Origin: Elusimicrobiota bacterium
Lineage (GTDB): Bacteria; Elusimicrobiota; UBA8919
Length of the DNA stretch: 28,605 bases
Assembly: GCA_043816185.1 (NCBI GenBank)
Contig: JBDRIG010000061.1
Coordinates: forward strand, 1 to 28,605
Reading direction: 5' to 3'
This document shows, one piece after another, positions 1-8,856 of this stretch (positions within the stretch are counted from its first letter, which is position 1; each line of letters begins with the position of its first letter). The notes beneath the pieces were generated by a model that saw only the letters and a list, made by a program, of their open reading frames with translations, was not told the DNA's origin and ran no database searches. The position numbers were made by a program, and so were the translations under genes.

Positions 1-1
1 A

Positions 2-36
2 AAGACCTCCCAGATTTTCGTCTGAGAGGCCTTTTT
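2..36. terminator. Intrinsic terminator-like hairpin, possibly bidirectional
   Basis: AAGACCTCCCAGA-TTTTCG-TCTGAGAGGCCTT stem-loop followed by a T run on +. On the minus strand the two mismatches become G-U pairs and TTT follows at the window edge. Confidence 0.55.
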
Positions 37-212
37 GTTAAACACGCTTAACAGCGAAACACAAAACAAAAACACACATTTGCTGTTAAGATAAACACCT
101 TAAAAACAAGACATTACCACGATGTGATGAGAGTACCCTTATTGTCTGTGGCTGAACATATTACTCTCATATCGCCAATAGCAGCACCTAAATACCACCA
201 ACATCACTGATT

Positions 213-329
213 GGGACTGTGTCGCAATCCATCTTTTACCATCTATCGTTGGATTGCAGTACCATATTTTACCATCAGTTGCTATCTTCTATAAAAATGC
301 AACTTTTTAGCTCATTGTGACACGGTCTC
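213..329 (+). mobile_element. MITE family A, copy 1 (117 bp)
   Basis: TIRs GGGACTGTGTCGCAAT...ATTGTGACACGGTCTC. Near-identical to 6945-7061, 17783-17899 and 22841-22957. Flanks ATT/CTT form a degenerate 3-bp TSD. Confidence 0.85.
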
Positions 330-414
330 CTTGCCTTCTGCTTGCAAAAGGCAAGGAAATTATACAAAAAACTCAAGAAATCTGTTACCGAAATTGTGAA
401 GTATTACACGAGGA

Positions 415-498
415 CTCGTGGCAATCTCTGTGTTGACGTTTTGAGATTGCTTTACTTTGCCCGTAATGACGAACATTTTGCTATTGCGACACAGCCCC
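415..498 (+). mobile_element. Right half of MITE family B with REP-like hairpin (no A insertion)
   Basis: CTCGTGGCAATCTC...GAGATTGC...CGTAATGACGAACATTTTGCTATTGCGACACAGCCCC matches the right part of 6838-7095 and 17658-17954. Confidence 0.7.
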
Positions 499-977
499 AT
501 TGTCTTTTTTTACCAATTTTCCGTCAATAAATTATGTTTTTTTGCATTTTTTTCATGTTTTCTATCTGTTTTTTGCGTAGCCTGTTTGTTTTTTTCTATC
601 TTTTTCATAATTTTTATATTGTCTGATTTTTGGCAAGTTTTTGACAATTTCGATTTTTTCTAATCTCTTTGTGTTTTCAATTTCGCAAATTTTTTTTAAA
701 GTTTTGTATTAACTTGCGATATGGCATATAAATTAACCTCTTGTTTTTTCAAATAAATTTCAAATAAATTTTTTTTGGCAAAATTTTTAAAAAATTTCAA
801 ACTTTTTGCTAAATTTTTAAACTACTAGAAGCGTTAAAGAGTGCCGAGTTAAAAATATCAATAAATATCATTAAGTTAATTAGAAAAATGTCGTAAAATT
901 GAGTATTATTATATATTTTCTAATAAATTAGATTAGTTTAATTTTATATGTCAAGGCAATATATAAATATGCATAAA

Positions 978-1005
978 AGTTAACATAAGATACCTTATGC
1001 GAACA
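978..1005 (-). other. dif: dif site (XerC/XerD chromosome dimer resolution site)
   Basis: Minus strand TGTTCGCATAA-GGTATC-TTATGTTAACT has the 11-6-11 layout of E. coli dif (GGTGCGCATAA-TGTATA-TTATGTTAAAT): XerC arm 9/11, XerD arm 10/11. Lies in a long intergenic region. Confidence 0.85.
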
Positions 1006-1291
1006 GATAAGGGGGCAAAGTTGGGACAAAAAAATCTACTACAATTTGTCATAAAACTAAAGATTTAGGTAGAAAAGTTTGGAATAATTTTGAGGAATAG
1101 AAAGATTCGGATCAAAAAAGTTTGTGGCAGTTTTGAGGTTGAATTGAGGTTTGGTTGATGATTTATTTGGTGAATTTGGATTGGTGGCCATATCACATAG
1201 CTGGGTTTGTGTATTCAGTTGTATTTGAAATCAACGGTTTTTTTGGTTGCGAGTTAATATTTAACCAATTTCTGTCGCATTTTTCGCAAAT

Positions 1292-1319
1292 ATGAACTAC
1301 ATGAACTACATGAACTACA
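1292..1319. repeat. Tandem repeat (ATGAACTAC)x3
   Basis: Three perfect 9-bp units read directly from the sequence. Confidence 0.9.
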
Positions 1320-1425
1320 ACAATCTCATATTTTTATTACATTTCGCTTTAATATGGTTAAAATCTTGCCCACTTCAAGACAAAAACAGCATTTACGATT
1401 GATTTAGCATTCATTTTTGGCATAA

Positions 1426-1491
1426 TTTGAGGTCTGCTATGGTTTACGCTGTGTATTTTGAGGTCTGCTATGGTTTACGCTGTGTATTTTG
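1426..1491. repeat. Perfect 31-bp tandem duplication
   Basis: TTTGAGGTCTGCTATGGTTTACGCTGTGTAT at 1426-1456 and 1457-1487, followed by TTTG. Confidence 0.9.
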
Positions 1492-1947
1492 TAAGGCTAT
1501 TTGTTTGTTATTGTGGGTCGGTATTTTTTTGGTATTTTGGGCGTATAGTTGAGGCTTGGTTGGTTGCATGGTCTTGATATTTAATAGAATTACCACTTGT
1601 TACGACATTATTGCCTCTTGTTTTCCTACTTCTTACTTCTCTGTAGACACGGTTTGTGACCTCGCAAGCAGAACAGTGCGCAAATAAATTCGTACCTACT
1701 TATTACTTTCTCTACTCCTGTATCTTGCTTTTTGCCATTAAAACCGCTACCTCGTCCTGTTCCTGTCTTTTGTCTCTCTCGCCCTCAAGTGGCTGTCCAA
1801 CAACCTATTCCGCTTTACCGACGACACAGCGTTAGTAAAAAAATGATGTGTTGTTTGTTGCCGTTAGTTGCCAAATACTGCTATATTTTACAAAAAAATG
1901 ACTGTTTTACGATTTGTCGGACAGCCTCTCAACCCCCACCATCGTCC

Positions 1948-4785
1948 CTAAATTTTAAAAGAGATGCCAAGCGAAAAATTCCATCTATCACTAGAATCAT
2001 TCGTTCTTTTAGCATAATCAATGGTGATTGGCAATAAGTATCCTCCCAAAAAAGTATAAAAATGAATGCCACTACCAACACTGTTTTTTATTTCGTTAAT
2101 TGTAATATTTTGACAATCAGATGTCTCGTTAAAACCAAAGCCGTTGTCGGTAAAGAAAAATACGTTTATTGATTTCAGAAAAAAATCTGACATAGGCCAA
2201 ATATTTTCAAAAGTTAAAACCGGAAACCTATATTCAAATGTCGTTGCAAAAAAGTGGTTGTAAATACAAAGATTATTAGAGTTCGAAAAACCACGTAGTG
2301 GCGGACGAATATATTGTTTATTTGTTCCTTCATTCGAAATAAAAAGATTATCTAAAACAATTGCGCTTTTTGAAAAAACAGGAAAATACTTTTCGTATTT
2401 TGCCATATATTCTTTATACGCTATATTGCCATTGTATTCTAAAAACGCACATCTAAAAAATAATTGCAAGTTTGAGCCAAATCGCGCATAAAAATACTTG
2501 CCTGCTATGGTATTTCTGTCATATAAAATAGAATATCTATTTGTTCTTTGATCTACAGTTAATTCGTCCGATGTGTTATTTTCTTGAGTATATTTTTTCG
2601 TTGAAACAGCCATTTCTAAACGATTAAATCTATCCAAAGGATAATTTATACCTATTGATTGAATATGTTTTTTCTCCTCATACATTTCTTTCGAATTTGT
2701 TAGATATTTAGAATTCTTACCTTGCATGGAAAAAGTGAGTTGAGGGCGCCATTTTAAATAGGAATATCCGACAATATACTGTAAGTCATTACTATTGGAA
2801 GAATATAGAAGTTGGTTGTATAACTGATGATTCCCAAGTAATTCTGATGCTTGCCAGTATGTTGCAAGAAAAAGCCCAAACTCCGAATGATATATAATAA
2901 ATGGTACTAAAATATCAAGCGATGGCTTAAAGCGATATGGAAATACAGGCGATGTTAGGGAATTGTTTTTTGTTGGTAATTCAACACTCGTCGATAATTC
3001 AATTAAAGATTTTTCTTCCGATTTATTTTCTAATATCTTATTCTCAAATAAAGAAATATCAGCAAGATAAATATCTTTTCTAAAATTTCTGTAATTTACA
3101 AATAGCAAATTTTTGTCGTCAGAAGTTGGGCAAAGATTGAAAGCACCCGTTAACAAATTAGTATGTTTTCTAATTTCTTTATTATTTATTTCAATTGAGT
3201 AAATATTTATAGGAGAACCTATTTTTTTATCAGATACAAAAAATATTCGTTTACCATCCGCAGAAAAAACTGGTTCTGTTTCGTTGCCATTAAAATTTGT
3301 AAGACGAGTTTTTATCTGAGTTTTAATTTCGAATAAAAAAATATCGTTTTGATGTGTTATTAGATCTTCCTGTGAAAATACAATAAAATTACCGTCGGGG
3401 CTATAAGAAGGCGATGCTTGGTCTTCTGTGTCATCAGTTATTTTTTTCACAAAATTATTATTGAGGTCATATTCGTAAATATCGTTACATGCCTTTTCCA
3501 TTCCGATAAAAACCATTTTTCTACCATCCGATGAAAATGAAGGTGATTTTACGGTAAATATGTTAACAGGTAATTTCGAAAGTTTTTTATTTTTAATATC
3601 ATAAATGTAAATATAGTCTTTCTGCATTTTTTCGCCTGAAAATGCAAGCAAATTTCCATTTGGCGAAAACGAAATTCTTTCATTATGGATAACATCAATA
3701 TCGATACTATTTCCTTCAAGTAGTATTTTCCCCCCTCCGCCATCCGATAGCACTCCGTCTTTCGACGACAACCCTCTGCCTCCCGACAGCGGCGTAATAA
3801 CAAGTTTATTTACGCCGTCGTTATCCGTAATAAAGACTACAAACTTACCGTCGGGTGAGACAGCAGGGTTAGTATTGAAGTCAGGTATGTTATCATTATT
3901 ATCAAAGGTTAGCGATAACGCGTAGTCACTTGCTTCCTTAAAATTAATTATTTTGTCTTCATATTTTTCATAAAGCCATTCCTTCCATTTTTCCATAAAT
4001 AACTCTGGTGTAATATTTAATGTATCAATAAATGCACTATTTGCATCAAGTTTATCCCGCAACACTTTAAGCATTTTTGATGGTTTGTCAAAGCCATATT
4101 CGTCAACTAAAAAATGATATGCCATCTCAGAAAGTTTATATGCGGGCGTTATTTGATGTGGTTTAAGGTGATTAAAAGTACTTAAATCCTTCAGCGATAT
4201 CACATTTTTGCTTGAAACCATATCTCGAATAATCATTTCCCTTGTCGTAGCATCTATATTGCCAGTATTGTATTCAGCCATTCCTTCCAACATCCATAAT
4301 GGTACAAAAATTCCTCGTGCTAAACGCAATGCTTTAAGAATTAAAGATTCTTCATAGAAAGATGTAAATTGTATAATATGGGTAAACTCGTGTGGAATTA
4401 CATTTTTTAACCATCTTATCGAGCCGTTACTATAAACAATGAGTCTGTTTTTAAGTGCCTCCGTTACACCACAAGTACCTTCGCCAATATCAACTATATT
4501 TGTTTGTTCAAATTCGTTATGATTTCTGTAAATAAAGAACGGAATTTTTTTTAGAGGACAGTATTCGTAAAAACGGGTCGTATTATTAAATGTTTCTTCT
4601 AATATACTCGAGACAGTCGGTAGAAGTTCTTTACACTCTGAGTAATGATAAATTTTAAAGTGTTCTGTCTCAATGTATTCCCATTTTTTTACATCTGTAA
4701 TAATCTTATTTTCTGGAAAAAGATAGGAGTCAGAAAAAAAATAGAAGTGTATAAAACAAATAAAAAGTGAAATGTATTTTTTCAT
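1948..4785 (-). CDS. Outer-membrane protein: N-terminal MA-clan zinc peptidase-like domain, TolB/PD40 beta-propeller repeats, C-terminal Omp85/BamA-like barrel
   Basis: Signal-peptide-like MKKYISLFICF (start chosen at 4785). HEFTH plus downstream WMLEGMAEY; repeated P-x-[FVY]-S-x-DG motifs (PAVSPDGK, PSYSPDG, PVFSADGK); barrel-type C-terminus (LRGF, FFTDNG, SVGSG, IDYA, WNFSLGISF). Confidence 0.75.
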   Translation of the reverse strand: MKKYISLFICFIHFYFFSDSYLFPENKIITDVKKWEYIETEHFKIYHYSECKELLPTVSSILEETFNNTTRFYEYCPLKKIPFFIYRNHNEFEQTNIVDIGEGTCGVTEALKNRLIVYSNGSIRWLKNVIPHEFTHIIQFTSFYEESLILKALRLARGIFVPLWMLEGMAEYNTGNIDATTREMIIRDMVSSKNVISLKDLSTFNHLKPHQITPAYKLSEMAYHFLVDEYGFDKPSKMLKVLRDKLDANSAFIDTLNITPELFMEKWKEWLYEKYEDKIINFKEASDYALSLTFDNNDNIPDFNTNPAVSPDGKFVVFITDNDGVNKLVITPLSGGRGLSSKDGVLSDGGGGKILLEGNSIDIDVIHNERISFSPNGNLLAFSGEKMQKDYIYIYDIKNKKLSKLPVNIFTVKSPSFSSDGRKMVFIGMEKACNDIYEYDLNNNFVKKITDDTEDQASPSYSPDGNFIVFSQEDLITHQNDIFLFEIKTQIKTRLTNFNGNETEPVFSADGKRIFFVSDKKIGSPINIYSIEINNKEIRKHTNLLTGAFNLCPTSDDKNLLFVNYRNFRKDIYLADISLFENKILENKSEEKSLIELSTSVELPTKNNSLTSPVFPYRFKPSLDILVPFIIYHSEFGLFLATYWQASELLGNHQLYNQLLYSSNSNDLQYIVGYSYLKWRPQLTFSMQGKNSKYLTNSKEMYEEKKHIQSIGINYPLDRFNRLEMAVSTKKYTQENNTSDELTVDQRTNRYSILYDRNTIAGKYFYARFGSNLQLFFRCAFLEYNGNIAYKEYMAKYEKYFPVFSKSAIVLDNLFISNEGTNKQYIRPPLRGFSNSNNLCIYNHFFATTFEYRFPVLTFENIWPMSDFFLKSINVFFFTDNGFGFNETSDCQNITINEIKNSVGSGIHFYTFLGGYLLPITIDYAKRTNDSSDRWNFSLGISFKI

Positions 4786-4811
4786 TGAATAGATGTGTGG
4801 GAATTGTTTTT

Positions 4812-5690
4812 TCAACGTACTGATGTTGCGGGATTGTGTGGTGTATTGGTGTCGCATTTTGACTTTTTTGAAATCATATATTTTTTTGCAATTTCATTGT
4901 TTGGTTCGATTGAAAGCACTTTTTCAAAACACTTTTTTGCTTCGCTAGCTTTATTTATTTTTAGATATGTTTTTCCAAGCCCTAATAAAGAAGGTATAGA
5001 ATCGGATTTTTTAGCACATGCTTTCTGATAATATTTTTCAGTATTAATGAAATCGTTTTTGAGAAAATATGTTTCTGCAACTTTGAACAAAGTTTCTGGT
5101 GTGAAAGATGGTTTCAATTTTTCTGCCAGTTCGAATTTTTCCAACGCTTCAGTATATAAATCTCTTGCTTTGTAGGACAGTGCAAGATTTATCAATGCTG
5201 TTTGATTTTTAGGTTCAATTGATAAAGCTAACTCATATTGTTCCGAAGCGGATTCGTATCTGTTTTGGCGAAAAAAAAGATTACCATATCGTAAACGCAT
5301 ATAAAAATCTTTTGAATAATTTCTTAAGAATTTTTCATAATAATTAAATGCTTTTTCAGAGAGATTAAGTTCGTCATACATAATTGCGAGATAAAAAAAG
5401 ACCCTTATATCAATAACACCTAATTTGAGAGCGACCTTGAGTTGGTTTATCGCCTGCGGATAACAATCCATGCCTTTTTGATAAAGAGCAATCCCTTCTT
5501 CAATATAAGCAGGTATATCTTCGGAATTTGCTTCTATTTTCGTGTGAGCTTCAACAATTATTTTGTTAAGTTTTTCAACAGGTAAATACTGAGAAGGGTT
5601 TTTAATGAACTCGTCTTTTTTTTTGCAAGTAGTTAAAAAAGTAGAAAGACAGACAATTAAAGTCAACAACAAATATGTAGTATATTTCAT
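4812..5690 (-). CDS. Tetratricopeptide-repeat protein, probable lipoprotein
   Basis: Hydrophobic N-terminus ending LTTC-KKK; several TPR-like helices (YGNLFFRQNRYESASEQYELALSIEP, LGKTYLKINKASEAKKCFEKVLSIEP). Confidence 0.8.
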   Translation of the reverse strand: MKYTTYLLLTLIVCLSTFLTTCKKKDEFIKNPSQYLPVEKLNKIIVEAHTKIEANSEDIPAYIEEGIALYQKGMDCYPQAINQLKVALKLGVIDIRVFFYLAIMYDELNLSEKAFNYYEKFLRNYSKDFYMRLRYGNLFFRQNRYESASEQYELALSIEPKNQTALINLALSYKARDLYTEALEKFELAEKLKPSFTPETLFKVAETYFLKNDFINTEKYYQKACAKKSDSIPSLLGLGKTYLKINKASEAKKCFEKVLSIEPNNEIAKKYMISKKSKCDTNTPHNPATSVR

Positions 5691-5820
5691 AACTTGTATC
5701 TGGTAATCTAATCATCAAGTAGATTCATAAGCCGAAGAAAATTAAAGATGAAGAAAATTAAAATCAAAGGAGATTAAAGATTTTTCGTTTTCCATCGCAG
5801 TTTTCCTTCTTACGATTATT

Positions 5821-6747
5821 CTATTCTTTTCTTCTATCTTTGAAGTATGCCGACCCAGGTATTTTTTTTGCACTTGTTTTTACTTCGGCGGCGAGTTCTG
5901 CAACATGAGCATAACAACTAAAACTACGCATTTCGTTTGAAACAATACCTATTGAGATGGACATCAACGGTAATATTTTAATTTCTCCCTGACGATTTTT
6001 TAAGATAGTGTGTTTATTTAATTTATCATCATTAGAATAATGTACCAGTATATTTTCATCGAAAAGTTTAAGTATATGTTTGCAGATATTTTCAGCACAT
6101 TCCGGATTTGTTATGACTATAAAATCATCACCGCCGATATGGCCAATCATATCAAGTGTCGTTCCACAATATTTTATTGCATTATTTATAAAATTAGCCG
6201 TTTCCTTTATTATAATATCGCCTTTCTCAAAACCATAAGTATCGTTAAATGATTTAAAATTATCGATATCAATCCAAAGTACTGCGAATTGTTTTTTTGA
6301 AGAAATTCTTTCTGTGATTTCTTTTTCAATTGAAATATTTCCTGGAAGTCTTGTTAGGGGATTTGTAGCAATAACCTCACAGTATCTAGATAAAATTCCA
6401 TTAACACGGGCGAGAAGTTCATAAGGGTCAAATGGTTTTGTGATATAATCATCAACGCCTAATTTAAGACTTGCAATTTTGTCTTTTATTTCTACTCGTG
6501 AGGTAAGCATAATGGTTGGAAGTAGTCGTGTTGCAGGAACTGTCTTAAGTTTTTCGCAAAGTTCATAGCCGTTCATTTTCGGCATCATAATATCAAAAAT
6601 AATCAAATCAGGCATTTTCTTGAGCACAGAATTATATGCGTCTATGCCATTATTAAACAAAGTGACAGTATGCCCATCGCTTTCAAGAATAAATTTTACC
6701 AATTCGGATATTTCTAAATCGTCATCGACAAAGATAATTTTTGCCAT
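5821..6747 (-). CDS. Response regulator with receiver and GGDEF (GGDDF) domains; putative diguanylate cyclase
   Basis: REC motifs (VDDD, FDIMMPKMNG, KPF); DIDNFKSFNDTYG and HIGGDDF. GGAG precedes the ATG at 6747. Confidence 0.88.
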   Translation of the reverse strand: MAKIIFVDDDLEISELVKFILESDGHTVTLFNNGIDAYNSVLKKMPDLIIFDIMMPKMNGYELCEKLKTVPATRLLPTIMLTSRVEIKDKIASLKLGVDDYITKPFDPYELLARVNGILSRYCEVIATNPLTRLPGNISIEKEITERISSKKQFAVLWIDIDNFKSFNDTYGFEKGDIIIKETANFINNAIKYCGTTLDMIGHIGGDDFIVITNPECAENICKHILKLFDENILVHYSNDDKLNKHTILKNRQGEIKILPLMSISIGIVSNEMRSFSCYAHVAELAAEVKTSAKKIPGSAYFKDRRKE

Positions 6748-6837
6748 AAATATCTCCACACTCCATTTTTTTGCATATATTACTATATTTTTTCCAACTT
6801 CGATCTTAAATTTCTCCTTCTAATTCTAACTCCCCGC

Positions 6838-7095
6838 GAGACTGTGTCATAACTCCACTTTTGGTCATTGCGAGAGCCGATTTATCGGCTCGCGGCAATC
6901 TCTGTGTTGAAGTTGAAGTTCGAGATTGCTTCGCTTCTCGCAATCAGGCTGTGTCACAATGAGCTAAAAAGTTGCATTTTTATAGAAGATAGCAACTGAT
7001 GGTAAAATATGGTACTGCAATCCAACACTAGATGGTAAAAGATGGATTGCGACACAGTCTCAATGACGGACATTTTGTTATTGTTACACAGTCTC
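6838..7095 (+). mobile_element. MITE family B composite: TIRs, REP-like hairpin and nested MITE A
   Basis: GAGACTGTGTCATAA...ATTGTTACACAGTCTC encloses GTCATTGCGAG...GCAATCTC...GAGATTGCTTCGCTTCTCGCAAT[A]AATGAC. No TSD seen at this copy. Confidence 0.75.
6945..7061 (-). mobile_element. MITE family A, copy 2 (117 bp)
   Basis: CAGGCTGTGTCACAAT...ATTGCGACACAGTCTC flanked by AAT/AAT. Confidence 0.9.
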
Positions 7096-7236
7096 CATAT
7101 CAACTATTAATTACCGGTTTCATTCCTTCATTTATCATTTTGTCGTTACCTGTCGTTATCAGTTCGTCGTTATTGGTTTATTGTTATCAATCGCCTTGTC
7201 ATCCAGTTGCTTATCGTTCGCTTGTTGTTCTTCTCA

Positions 7237-8787
7237 CTATTTTTCAATATATGTTTTGTAAATCAAATTACCGCCACGATTTATATCAAAAAGAATTCCC
7301 TCGGACAACGATGTATTTTTTATTGCTTTTTCAAATTCTGGAATTGTCGTTGTTTTATTTTTATTGATTGTTTTTATAATATCTCTGACGTAAAGTCCTG
7401 CTTCCGCCAGTTTTGAATTATTTTCTATATCAACGATAACAATACCCTTTTCATCAAGCGAGACACTAAATTCTTCTGCCATATCAGTTGTAAATTGCTT
7501 CACTTTCATACCAAGCCATGTAAATGTCTCCCCATCCAGTTCTTTTTCTAAATTACCAGCAGGGATAATATCTTCTTCCACCCACTCACCAAGTACGACA
7601 GGAACAACCTTTTTTAAATTATCCCGCCAGATAACAGTATCCACTTTTTTATTAGGAGAAAGTGCGGCAACGGCATCCTGAAGCCTTTCTACAGATTCTA
7701 TTTTTTGACTATCAAATTCCAAAATTATATCGCCTCTTTTAATTCCCGACTTGTCGGCAGAAAGCCCGCTCATTACATTCGTCACCACAACTCCAGTTTT
7801 TTCCTTAAGTCCTGATTGCTTAGCAAAAACATCATCGACTTCTTCAATTTTTATACCAAGAAAGCCTCTCTCAACCCTCCCTTTTGTTTTTAATGTTTCA
7901 AGAATTTCTTTTGCACGATTTATTGGTATTGCAAAACCGACACCGACGGAACCACCTAATTGACTATAAATCGCAGTGTTTATTCCTACGATCTCACCAT
8001 AAATGTTGACAAGTGGGCCACCAGAGTTACCCCTGTTTATAGAGGCATCCGTTTGTATTGCATCTCTGTAGATATTTCCCTGAGCTTCTATATTTTGTCT
8101 TTTTGCAGAGATAATTCCGACGGTAACTGTCTGTTCAAGCTCGAATGGAGAACCAATGGCAATTGCCCAATCACCAACACGAATTTTATCAGAATTTCCC
8201 AATTTTGCCACAAAAAGTTTTTTGGAAGATTTAATTTTTATTATAGCTAAATCTGTTTTTGCATCTTTTCCAATAATTTTTCCGGAATATTCTCTGTTAT
8301 CGGCAAATTTTACAATAATTTTTTCAGCATTTTTTACAACATGATAATTAGTAAGAATATAGCCATCCTCATCAATAATAACCCCACTTCCAGCACCACT
8401 AATTCTTCTCTGAATATAATCTTTTTTTTGAGGGATTTTTCCGTTGGGAGTGCGAGGAGCGGACTGGCCGAAGAAATCATCAAAAAAATTTTCAAATGGA
8501 TCGGCGAAGAAAAAATCAAAAGGAGCAACTTCTTTGAGAACTTGCTCAGTACAAATTGAAACGACCGACGGTTTTACCTCTTCTGCTACATTAACAAACG
8601 CTTCTTGTAAATTCAAAATTTCTTGCGAGACAGATACTTTCATTCCATAATCTGAATGCAAGTTTTTTTGCGATTTACAAATTTTGCCAACAATTTGTGG
8701 TTTGCCAACAGTAAATGCTATTATAGAAAGCCCTGAAATCACGATAGCCAGTACTAAGTTTTTTCTTAAAAAATTTGGATTTTCCAT
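7237..8787 (-). CDS. degP: Periplasmic serine protease of the Do/DegP/HtrA family with two PDZ domains
   Basis: GSGVII, TNYHVV (His), TDLAIIK (Asp), INRGNSGGPL (Ser), GFAIPIN, followed by two PDZ-like domains. Confidence 0.92.
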   Translation of the reverse strand: MENPNFLRKNLVLAIVISGLSIIAFTVGKPQIVGKICKSQKNLHSDYGMKVSVSQEILNLQEAFVNVAEEVKPSVVSICTEQVLKEVAPFDFFFADPFENFFDDFFGQSAPRTPNGKIPQKKDYIQRRISGAGSGVIIDEDGYILTNYHVVKNAEKIIVKFADNREYSGKIIGKDAKTDLAIIKIKSSKKLFVAKLGNSDKIRVGDWAIAIGSPFELEQTVTVGIISAKRQNIEAQGNIYRDAIQTDASINRGNSGGPLVNIYGEIVGINTAIYSQLGGSVGVGFAIPINRAKEILETLKTKGRVERGFLGIKIEEVDDVFAKQSGLKEKTGVVVTNVMSGLSADKSGIKRGDIILEFDSQKIESVERLQDAVAALSPNKKVDTVIWRDNLKKVVPVVLGEWVEEDIIPAGNLEKELDGETFTWLGMKVKQFTTDMAEEFSVSLDEKGIVIVDIENNSKLAEAGLYVRDIIKTINKNKTTTIPEFEKAIKNTSLSEGILFDINRGGNLIYKTYIEK

Positions 8788-8810
8788 AGAATCTCGTATT
8801 AAACCCGTAT

Positions 8811-8850
8811 AAATCGTAAGTCATAAATTATTTATGGCTTACGATTTTTT
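8811..8850. terminator. Long hairpin between the GH57-like gene and degP
   Basis: AAATCGTAAGTCATAAAT-T-ATTTATGGCTTACGATTT; the T run follows on +, antisense to the flanking genes. Confidence 0.45.
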
Positions 8851-8856
8851 GTTTTT

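Noticed and set aside
342..663. Short ORFs 342-530 and 457-663, and those at 7032-7367, 17765-18136 and 22811-23059
   Set aside because: They are translations of MITE/REP DNA or low-complexity T-rich sequence.
596..728. Minus-strand small ORF with GAGG RBS (MPYRKLIQNFKKNLRN), extendable by a frameshift in an A run
   Set aside because: Only 16 codons as written, with no recognisable product.
7096..7236. Imperfect short-period repeats after degP; also the CGAAT/ATTCG tract at 17565-17655 and GAAGAAAATTAAA x2 at 5734-5762
   Set aside because: Too degenerate or short to define units or a function by eye.
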